NCBI GenBank assembly: GCA_963924565.1
Contig: OZ004611.1
Coordinates: forward strand, 30,008,001 to 30,072,000
From: Ascidiella aspersa
Taxonomy: Eukaryota
DNA: 64,000 nucleotides
Direction of reading: 5' to 3'
This document shows positions 28,401-40,400 of the stretch, one piece after another; within the stretch, counting starts at the first letter, position 1, and each line of letters starts with the position of its first letter. The position numbers and the translations under genes are program-made. The notes beneath the pieces are model-generated. The model had not been told where the DNA came from, ran no database searches, and worked only from the letters and a program-made list of their open reading frames with translations.

Positions 28401-31400
28401 AATACATGCCGTTCGTCTACTATGACTTTTCTTGAGCAAACAAAATTCGTGGCGATTTTACAAAAAGTTAAACAATATATATGCCACAAAGATGCATTGC
28501 AACCAAGAAAGTGAAAAAAAATGCAAAAACAACATATTTTATTTCCAGCAACTGCAATGGGGAGTTTACCGAAACCAGGAAGTGCTGGCAGCCCCTGTCC
28601 TGCCCGGAGTGGTCAACCTGGTCTAAGTGTGGTCAATGGTGCGAGAAGAAAAAAGGCGTATGCAGCCGCTCGCGATATTGTGTCGCCAGAAGGTACGGAT
28701 TAAAAAAATTGTACTAAAATGTAGAATGTAAACGTTTGTTTTCGTAAGTTTGGTTTCAGAAGCTAGTAGAACAAAAAAAGTTAATTTCTGTCAATCAGAT
28801 ACATTCAGACGCTTTAATTATAACTTTTTTATCGTAAGACTTATTAGGCTATAAAAATAAAAAAATATTTATTAAATTAAAAATGTGACATTTATTTTTC
28901 TGCTTTCCTTATTTTATCGCAACCAATTTTTTAATCATCTAAAAATAGAAACATTTGATTAATCAAAATTGAATACCAAGATAAAGCTAAATTGAGCCAA
29001 TACAAATTAATCCGAGCATTGCAGTTTTGTAATAGAGGCGAATCTATATACATACCCATTTTTTTCCTTAAGGTTGATAATAAATTAGAAGTAAAAATTT
29101 GAAATATTACTTCAAGGGGGATAAAAGTTATTCTTGAAAGAATTACAACCGTACATGGCGAATAAAATAACAGTAGTCAATATGTTAGAACAAATGTAAG
29201 GTTTTGGTTTTATGAGGCCCTTTATAAATGGATTAAAATTCATGAAAATGTAAAAAACACTGTTCTAACTTCCACTTGCGATTTCATTTGCTCTCACGAT
29301 TATGCGAAAATAATTATTTGAAACTTCCACACGACCGGACTTTGCAATTTATATATTACACGTCTTGTCACCACCTGTGCCCATTATGCTTGATAATTAC
29401 TTTTTCATTTCACACCAAATATCTTATGATTAGGGCAATTAAAAACCTTCTTTCAGATATGTATAGCATCACCAACTAAAACGTCATATAGTCATGTCAG
29501 AATGTCCAAGAACCCATAGGTTCCTCGTACCAGTTAGTACGGGTTTCAAATGACTATAATTTTGGCGTTTTGTGCTGTTTTGTCGGCAAATCTGCGTTTC
29601 AAAAATCGACATTACTGGCGTTTCTTTTCCCATCAAATTTTTCCCATGCGGCAGAGTACACTCAATGGCATTTTAATTGATACTCTCGGCGCTTTTGTTG
29701 TACCCACAAGGTACGTTTGGACGCGTGTTTGACCAGTCAATAACTATAATTGAATTTGTTAAACATTGCTTTTCAAATAATAAAGAGCGGTTCTACTTTG
29801 TCATTCCCATTATATTTTCTCATTACATTAGCCCTTATCACGAGGTGCGCCGAAACATGACTTAAGATTTTGGATGATAACCGTAAAACATAATGAGCAA
29901 CATAATATCAGCACCTAGAATATCGTTACATTTAGACAGAAATACTTGTCTGGATAACGCAATGATTGTGTCGCACTGTTTGGACAATAAAAATACGTTC
30001 TTGTGGTATATATTTGTTAATATATACCACAAAAACGTTTTTATAATATACTATGCCTGGTAGCAACAACATATGTATTGTTTGGATTTTCAAGTTTATG
30101 CTAGTCTGTTCTATGTAATAGCTTTAGAATATTCATTTTACGGTCGAATTTATATTGCATTAAGTCTAATATGCCAAACATGTGCTTGTAAATTGTCAAT
30201 ATAATAGCAACCGTTTCTATTATAATTATATGGAAATTAAAAAAACGGTTGTGATAACAACATATCGTGATTTCTTATCATTAAAATTAACTATTGTAGA
30301 AGCCCTGTCAAAAAAGTATTTTGTTAAACTGTCGAAAAGTTTTTTTTTGCATAAAGCAGTGGACATGTGGGTTATTAATTTCTAAGGGACAAAATTAACA
30401 ATTGTATAATGAAGGGTGATATCACAAATAATTCCGGGAGATATATTTGACCACTGAAAAGTTTATTCAGCTTTTGAACTGGATAAAATTTTAAAGCATG
30501 TTCGTACATTGATGTAAAAAAATGAACAAAGAGTTAGTCGAACCGTTGAAAATGTTAATTATTTCCACATTAATAATCCTACTATATCCAACTTAAACCT
30601 CCAACAACATGCTCCATATTTTTTAATCCATTAAGCTCTTATCGGGGGTAACCACACAGTAAAGATTGGCAACTACAGTCCTACAAATGATCCCGCCTAA
30701 ATTTGCGAAGAAAAAATCGTGTCAAACTATGAAGTGCCACATCCTTCGCTTTCACAACAGCTAGCCAAAAAACTTTTCTAAGAACTTAACGGCGCAGTAT
30801 AACGAGACCGTGTGCAGACCTTCCTTAACATTTATTGCAAAGGACTGCGCCAAGCGCAACTAGGGAAATTCCCCGGCGTGGACAATTTAGCCCATTCATA
30901 AAAATCTGAGGCACGATTTGGCAGCCGACCAATACCGCGTGATAGAGTTTCACATCGGGTGTTACAACACCTTTATGTTTGTTGCGCAATCACAATCAAT
31001 GGCGTCTTTGCCGCGGTCAGGCAAATATGTACTGTATACTTAGGTACACTATTAAAAGCAAGAAAATTCGAGTAACTCGGCAGCATCATAATGAAGAAAT
31101 TTCAATACGCACTCGTCATCACCAGTTAAAAAGTATTTGAATCACACCAGTTAGTAAAGTATTTGTATCACACCAGTTAATGTACTTGTATTGTGTCACA
31201 TTAACTGATGATGATATGCCTATAACTGCGTATCGAAATAAAGAGGTAGATAGGGTCTTCAACGTTTCGACTATTCCTGAAAATTAATATGGAGCTATAT
31301 ATATCTCTTATAAAGATGAAGAAACAACTTTAAGTTACAAGTTTAACTACAACCAAACTTAATATTAACAAGAGTGAACTGATTTGACTATTGTTTCAAA

Positions 31401-34400
31401 GTGTTGCCAAACTTTTTCCCGAGAAATATGCAGTCACTTAAAAAATTGAACTTTGACCAGCGGCAATATTGGACCACGCCTTGCATAGTTCACTTTTAAC
31501 GTTGCGGTAAAGTCCTGCTTATTTTTCGCAGGACGGGCGGGATTACAGGAGATTAGGTGAGTCCAAAGTCGGATAAGGCGTCTAGCGTTAGCGCCTTTTG
31601 CTAGCGCCTGCATAATGCTGATTTATGCTCGGTTTATTTTGCCAGCAACGGGCTTAGGCTTCTAGCGGGAGTTTTCCTAGAAAGTGCAAGCAAAGGTAGC
31701 CGTTTGATCGCTGAAATATTAGCTGCGCGGCCCGTTGAGCAAGTTAGTTAAATGTCAAGCAGATGTCTAATCGAAAACTTGGCTAGTGAAAATTTGCCGC
31801 AGGATTATATTGAAAAATCGGGTACACACATATCCGTGAAGAAAATTATCTAGGATATTCAATAAAGTTGACACAGTGTGAACAAACTTGGACGAAAATG
31901 AACTTCAAGCTAAGAAAAATCACGTAGAATGGATGTTAAAGGCCATACAGAAGTGGTATAATAAGAATATCAAAGCCCATACAGAAGTAGGTATCATTTT
32001 GAACGTTTCGAATAACTCTTTATTCATTTTCAACATAATGAGGGTCATGTTGAAAATGAATAAATAGTTATTCGAAACGTTCAAAATGCAACCTACTTCT
32101 GTATGGGCTTTGATATTCTTATTATGTCTTACTACAACCTCCAACCATTATGCTCCAAAGAAGTGGTATAGTTTGAGCGCTTCCATTAAATCTTCACATA
32201 TTTTTAATTTCGAGACGTTCGAAATATGCTACACTTCTGAAGAGACTATTTTTATAATAGCACCATAACGATGTTCTATTTTATCTTTTTTAGAAACAAA
32301 ACGGAGTTTCCATCTGTTCGGCCACAAGGTAAATTGCAAAGTGTTTTGTAATGCAAGTGCGAACATTATTTCTTTGAAATGTAATGTTTACAAATAACCT
32401 ATTACAACGTGAATAACCCCCTATAATTACTGCACTCAAATAGTTACCTTCTGGAATTAAAAAATTAAAAAATCGAATAAAATCCTCTATGCTAATAGGT
32501 TTTATGTAAACACAATACATCTGCTGTCGTTGGTTTTACACCTGAAGCCTGCACAGCAGAAGTACTATGTCTTTAGGCTTTTGTTATTAAGTCTTAGAAC
32601 AATCTAGAATCAAGAAACTTGAGACAATCCCTAAAAGTAACACAAAGCAAAAGGATTTATGAATTTTGACGGCCCAAATCGCAAAGCAACTCCAAATAAT
32701 CTTACAAGTATCAATATTTCGGCTAAACATAAACTCGTAGCCGTATATGACAAAAGCAAATATGATTCAACTTATCTTTAAAACGCAGTTGAAAGAATCG
32801 ACATCCAGCAATCCAACTCCACCGCTTTACCACGTGTCAGACAAACAGGGGAAACACCCATATCAAAACCCAACGGATCGCACGCGGGGGAATTACCAGA
32901 AGCGACACCCGTTGTTAATATAACAAACGCGTTGATCGAAAGTAGCGGCGCTTCCGGGTCTGTTTCTATGGCAACCGTACCCACTTATGACGCGTCGACT
33001 ACCGGTCGAACCGCGACGCTCGTGGAGGAAGGAATGACGCAATATCCGGAAACGATAGAAGGTGTGAGACCAGAAATAATGATGTTTTTTTTACTTGATT
33101 TATGATAGTTGGAGGTTTTAGTAAGAGGTAGTAGGAATATTAAGGCCCATATACAAGAAGCATTTCAACGTCATTATGCAATACAATTTTGTTGCGTTTT
33201 ATTTTATTTTACCAAACATTAAAAACGTAAAGCTTCAAGAATATTATCGCAGAGATTTTCTTTTCTAACAATCTGAAATGCCTACTATAGGAAGTTTTAA
33301 TCATTTTTTTATATATTCGTTGGCTTTGAGATTATGACGAATGCTATACAATGCAATTTTGTGGCGTTCTTCTATTTTAAGAACATTCAAAACGTTAAGT
33401 TAAATTGGTTCTCGCAGAAATTCTGGAACCGGATTATAAAAACCAGTGGCTTTATAATAGATTTGCTTAACTCCACAATTTGTTTGACTTTATATCAGTT
33501 TTAAAATGCGTATTACCGGAGGTTTCGGTAATTTTATATTATTTATTTTTAAATTGCTATAAAATACAATTTTGTTGCGCAGTTTCAATAATAAATGACA
33601 TACAAAAGTAAAGCTAATTTATTCTCACAGAGATTCTTGACCCGGATTTTAAATTTGTTTTGTTGCTTTTTTTGTTTCAAATGACATTCAAAACGTAAAT
33701 TTTCTATTTATTTTTGCAGAGATTCTTGACCCTGATGCTTGCAATGGGGGCTTCCCCAAGTCACGTGATCTGCGCAAGTGCGACGTGCTCCTGTGCGCCC
33801 CCGAGTGGAGCACGTGGTCGTCATGGTCGAGTTGTTCCAGCAGCTGTGGAAGCGGATACAGGGAAGCGCAGAGAACATGTAACCAGACACTGTTTGAAGG
33901 TGAGTTTTTACAGAATTTTATGAAAACTGACAATTTTTTTTTAATCTTATAAAATCTGACAAAGTTTTTGTGTAGAGTCAGGATTTTATGAAAACTCAGT
34001 AATTTCAATAAAAATTCTAAAGCCATTATACTCGTTAAGATGACAGAATTTGTTCGTAATTAGTAATGCTTGAACCATAAAAATCATGTTGCTGAAACCA
34101 TGCTACCTTAAACGACATCAGGAGTCTTCGATATTCCACTCAAACAATTCAACAAAAGTCTTATTTCACCCAGGTCTATATCACTGATCAGTTTCAAGCA
34201 AAATCCAATCTACGAGTAAAACTTCAGGCCTGTCACCTTAACCTAATGTCCTCGGCTAATTACCACATGCTTCTACATACTTTCAGCTGATTGCCTTGGT
34301 GAGTCGGTCAAGTACGAGCAATGTTCTGCTCTGCCCTGTTGGAGCGACTGGTCGGTGTACAGCCCTTGCACGAAATCTTGTGGTGGAGGGGGCAGGCAAA

Positions 34401-37400
34401 CCCGCTGGAGGGAGTGCCAGGGGTATGACGTCATCGAGCTGCAACGTCACGCTTTCTGTCACGTGAACGATACCGAGATTGTGGCTTGCAACACGCACGT
34501 AAGTACAGAAGAAGGTTTTTGGTGAAATATATTGACTTTTTTGCGCAGTTTTTTATTGTTTGGCATTCAAGTGACAAATTGTAGGCTTTTTGATTGCAAG
34601 TTTAACACAACGCAAAATAAAAAAGCTTAAGTATTTAACCGAAAAAAAGGAGGGGGGGGGGGTTGTTTTGACTTTAGAAAGTAAGAGTGATTAGAACTTA
34701 CGTTGTTAATTTAGGTTGAAGGCTGAAAAGTTAACCAAAATTCCTTATACAGTTGCATTTGAATTTGTTGTTCTGTTACTTCGGCATCGGCTTTCATATT
34801 TTGTCACGCAAAATTGTGTGAAAAATGAAGTTTAGCTAAAGACATGACATAACCTATGTAATGTTTGTTTTCAGGCGTGCCCTTTATGGAGCGAATGGTC
34901 CCAGTTTGGTGAATGCTCACTTTCGTGCGAGGGCGGGTCCCAAAGGAGGGTCAGGGAATGTTTGCAGGGGGACTGTGAGGGGGAATCCACTCAAGTTGAG
35001 GGGTGCAACTTTCAGGTAAGAGCCCCCCTCCCCGCACGAAATAAAAAAAAATAATTTTTGAAAAAAAAAAGTTGTTGATTTTGCTCAAGTCATTTAAAAA
35101 GGTATTTTGCTGTAAAATGACCTGAAAGAATAGTATTTCAAAAAAATAGACTTAGACAATCGTGTACATTGCTTTTATAGTCCCAACGTACATTGAAGCG
35201 CAGACCCCCTGTTTTCGCGTTAGTCACACACGTCCATGCGAACATGCGTTCTGTGGATATGTTAAACTTCATCATTCTTATAGCCTTTTACTCGCGCTGG
35301 GGTTTCTACTTCGTGCGTTTTAATTGCTTTCATTTATACTTTTACCTGATGAAGCACAGTTGTGCGAAAGCTTGTCAAGATTTTATTACAATTTGCTGTA
35401 AAACAGTGCCACCTGACCCCATTATTGAGTCTATAAACGCCAGTAGAAGTTTGTAACTACTATTTTTTACGCAGGAATGCCCGAAGTGGCGCGAATGGTC
35501 GCTTTTCACCTGCTGTAGTGTTTCTTGTGGAAGAGGAATGAAACAGCGGTCGAGGAAATGCAAGAACGGTCAACCGGGACAGAAAGGTATAAGCTCTTTC
35601 AGTCATGCCAAGTTTCTTTGATTACATCATTCAAAGTCTCTTTAATTACGACATGCTAAGTTTTTATAATTACGTCATGCTTAGTTTCTTTAATTGCGTT
35701 ATTCAAAGTTTCTTTAATTGCGTCATTCAAAGTTCCTTTAATTGCGTCATATAAAGTCTCTTTAATTACGTCATGCTAAGTTTCTTTAATTACGTCACGC
35801 TAAGTTTCTTTAATTACGTCACGCTAAGTTTCTTTAAATACGTAATGCTAAGTTTCTTTAATTACGTAATGCTGAGTTTCTTTTCTAAGTTTCTTTAATT
35901 ACGTCATGTTAAGTTTCTTTGATATCGTCATGCTAAGTTTCTTTAATTACGTCATGCTAAGTTTCTTTGATTTCGTCACGCTAAGTTTGTTTAATTACGA
36001 CATGCTAAGTTTCTTTAATTTCGTCACGCTAAGTTTGTTTAATTACGACATGCTAAGTTTCTTTAATTATGCCACGCTAAGTTTTTTTAATTGCGTCACG
36101 CTAATTTGTTTAATTTTAACCCTTTTCTTTTCCAGGTTGCGACGGTTCGGTAAACAACGTGGTATCTTGCGACGCAGGTCCTTGTATTAACGACACCATA
36201 ATACTTGACTTCCCTGGATGTGGAGTTCGTGGAACTGACAAACCGGTCAAAAAGTCGCTCTCTTCCGCCATCGTGCGGATTGTCGGTGGAAACGTAAGTT
36301 CAAATTCCCTTCCTTATTTATTTCGAAGCTCAGTCTTACCCAGTGGTTCCCAACCTTTTTTGATTTGCGGCACCCTACATAAATCTTAAATAGTTCGCAG
36401 CACCCTTGCTCGTATTTTTGCTGAATGTATAACTGTACCGTTACAATAAACGAGATTGAAATAGTGCAATAAGTGAGCAACAACGTTAAAACAGTCTTTT
36501 TACTATTCGGCACTTTTATCCTGCACAAAAATTATATCAAAAAGCTTACTAATCAAACAAACCAAAAAAATAATCCTAAAGAACTTGAAATATATTTTGC
36601 ACCCTTGAGCATAAAAAATGACACCCTAGAGTGCCGGTTGATTGCAGCCCAGATTATTAGGGTTGGGTTAAGACCAGTCGACTTAGTTATGCGAAAAAAC
36701 TATTGGCGTAGTTTGACATTTTAGTTATTTGCAATACTTTTTTTCTGTTGTAGGTTTGTACGTAGGCTATATGTGCAAAACATTGATGTCAACATTCAAA
36801 CCATATTTGAATGGCGTTTTTGTTTGTATTTAAATCTGCATTCAATTTTCAAACAGTTTAATGCCTCTTACTTTGCAAATCAAACATGCGAAAACCATAC
36901 TTATTACAAAAAATCATCCATTTTATAACTAAATTGAACCAGAATTATTATCGAATAATGGCGATAAAATAGCGGTACCTTAAGCTCTTTAATGACAAAT
37001 TGCAAATCGTCGCTTGACGTGTATATGAACTAATACATTACCAGTACTAACACTTGCATAAATTTACACTTACACGAATCGACAAGCAAATTACCAATAC
37101 TCTCTATATATAACCAAACAAAACATCTCTTACCACAACAGCAATAATAAACACTATAGAAGAAGTGTACAGCATTAAGAAAAATTACCAACACTGGTGT
37201 GCTACATTCTGTCAGACAAGGCAAGAAAAACATAAAAAATACTTTTAAAGAGATTTATCCCAGTAACAACAATACACGAGATCGTATACGCTTCAATCAT
37301 TATTTCTAACACAACCTATAACTTACTCAGCCTGACACACAGATGTATATCGCATTTTAAGCACTTATACTATTACCACTACAACTACTATTGCTGCTAC

Positions 37401-40400
37401 TGTAGATTTGCTTTTTGTCAATCAAACCAACAACAAATCCCTGCAACTACAGTACACACCTGATCGTGTACGCTTTAATCACATTTTAAGCACTTATACT
37501 AATACCACCTCAACTACTATGATTGCCACTGTAGTACAAGAGTACATCCTTCCTAAAAAGTTTATTAACTAAACTTGCCTGCTATACATTTTGTCAATCA
37601 AACCAAAAACGAATTCCTGCAACTACAGTACACACCGGATCGTCTACACCAGTGGTTTCCAAACTGTGGGCCATGGACCAGCACTAGGCCACTAAAACAT
37701 TTTCAATGGGCCACAGAGCCATTTGAACAGATTCTACAGTTTTGTTATACTGTACATATTATGCGCTTTGTTAAAACAATAATTATTTAGCAACAATGGT
37801 TATTGTCTCCTAAAAATGGGTTTTAGCTGCTGCGTTGAAGATAGCAGTTTTTGAGTTACATTTTCATAGAAAATGTTTGTGTGGTCAAATTTAGAGCACG
37901 TGGTGAGCCACGAATCGCTATTAAATAGACATTTGGGCCATAGACGAAAAAAGTTTGGGAATCCCTGGTCTACACTTTAATCACCACTAGCAATACAACG
38001 TCTCACTTACCAATCTGACAATCCTTTAATGTATGGCAGCTCTCCAAAGACTCTGCTTGGCCCTGGCAAGTCAGTCTACAGCATCGTGTTGCTTCGGGAA
38101 GATGGATTCACTTTTGCGGTGGAACTTTGCTGAACCAGCGCTGGGTTTTGTCGGCGGGCCACTGCACAAAAGAGGGGTAAGCAGTTGTGAAGCAGATATA
38201 CGATACTTGTATTTCATCCGATAATCATTATTTGATGAATTTGCAGAAAATAACATTGGATATGCGTTCTCATTCAGGGGAAATTTATAGTATTCTATTT
38301 TGTCCAGTCGATTCGCGAAAAACATTTTTTCATTTCGTGTTTGTAAACCAAAAAAACAACATTCTACATTTTAGCACAAAAAGAGAACAAAAATCGATTT
38401 TATATCTTTTAAATCAGTAATAGCACTGTAGGATGTAATACTAGATTTGCTGTGCAATATATATTCGTTGTTCTACACAGAGGGATAATCCCAGGTTCCA
38501 TTATTTATAAAACTTTAAGGCGAATTATTTTAAACTACAAAATAAAATCTTGAACATGCCATGTTTTTTACAGCGATAATCTGTTTTAACTGTATCCTTA
38601 AACGGTTTTGTTCCTGGTTAAAGTACTCCCACGTGAAAAATTGTGGTAAAACGCTGACTAAGGAAAACTTTTAACCTTTCATAGAACATCCGCTTTAATA
38701 TATTGTGGGGACGCCTATTTAGCTTTGTGTTGACAAAATACTAGTATAATTAAAATGGTAGACGAGTAGAAATGGACCGTATATTCACGAAATTTATTTC
38801 CTAATAAGAACCAGGGTTATATAAGCAGCATTATATAGAATAAGTCTGTTAAAAACACCGACCTAATCACCAAGATTGCTGTCATTATTCTAATCGTATT
38901 TTAAGACTTACATTTTTAAGCGTATTTTTATTTTAAAATATTGCTAATTCGTATAGTTTTTAAAAACTTGTTTTACCCACCACTTGTTGTGACGTTATTC
39001 CTCTTCTGCCGAGTATTTAGCATCAACGATTGTTATTTCTCGCTTTTCAGGAAACGCAGTCTTCGTCACGACGATGTCGGCCCTGATTGGTCGGTGCTTG
39101 TGGGAACCAACAACGTCACAGGCGGACCCGGAAGTGTACGCGTGGGAATTAAACGAATCATCGTTCACAACGACTACTTTTACCACATTGCAGCAAAATG
39201 TAAGTATATGAGCTTAAAAAATAAAAAAAAAACATCACTAGCGGTTGGATATTTACTTGTTGAAATCCTATTATTTTTTTTACTGCAAAATGGAACGATA
39301 TAAATATAAGGAAGAAAACTATAAATACAAGTCACAGACCGTACTGTAGCCTTTCGCAAGCGCCTTTTTAAAGCAGAATACCATCTTACATAATGGAAAA
39401 AATTGTAAAGGCTTGTTTGGCAAGGTACAACTCATACATAATATAATTCCCTCTTGGCAAAAATTGTATATATATCCAGGGTAGGTAAAAAAATTGTCAT
39501 ATATATTCAGGTTAGGTAACTTTAAGTCAAGGACAAACGGTTGCCTAAGTTCCTTACATGTCCTTGTATCCGACTTCAAGTCGCAGGCCGCTAAAATACC
39601 TGTCTTTAACTTGTGTAATTCTAGACAGAGTCACCTCACTCAGTTATAATTGCTTGGTAAGTATATTGACAGTTATATGTCAGAGCTTACGACAAAGACA
39701 AGCTGCGATTTCTAGCGAATGTAGGGCTGTAGTTACGAGTAATAAGGCGCCGACTCTTAAGACGAGAGCCGACGACTGCTTAAGTCTCTTACACGTCCCC
39801 AACTGACTCCATAGGAGCAGACCGCTATATTACCTGTCCTTAACCACTTCTTGTACTTAGAAAAGTCACTGTAGCGTATTGAGGCCTGTAGTCAGGGGTA
39901 AAAGTGCGCTGGCTCTGTAGACGAGAGTCGACGACTGCCTGAATCCCTTACTAGTTCTTAATCCGACTCCAAAGGAGCAGGCCGCTAAAATACCTGTCCT
40001 TAACTTCTTGAGCTCTAGACAAGTTCACTTCACTCAGTAGATATTACTCGTTGAGTATATTCACAAATCTCAGAAACACACGATATAACGAAGCGGTGAT
40101 TCAGGCCGCCAATCAGTAAGACGTATTTCAAGTAGAATGAATGCAAGACGCTGAGAGCAATCGGCTCGGCGCTTGGTCACGCGTCAGTGGACAACGATCA
40201 CGTGCATAGTGACATCAAATTTGGCAAAACCGAGTAATATTGCATGTTAAATGCTACATATTATACTGCCGAATAAAGTAGAATCTATGGCTAGCAGAGA
40301 CTGAAATCACATTGTGTATTTTTTCACGCATCGGTAGAAACCAACGACGCGCATTCCTGACGTAATATCAGACAGGCTAGTAGAGTAGATCGAGTATAAC

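Noticed and set aside
29940-30315. Alternative bridging exons between exons 8 and 10 (29940-~30005; 30300-30315)
   Set aside because: Splice sites are weak, and exon 32294-32328 solves the phase with much stronger signals.
35906-36135. 8-aa repeat membrane protein ORF (MLSFFNYV)n
   Set aside because: It is the translation of the 24-bp intronic tandem repeat.
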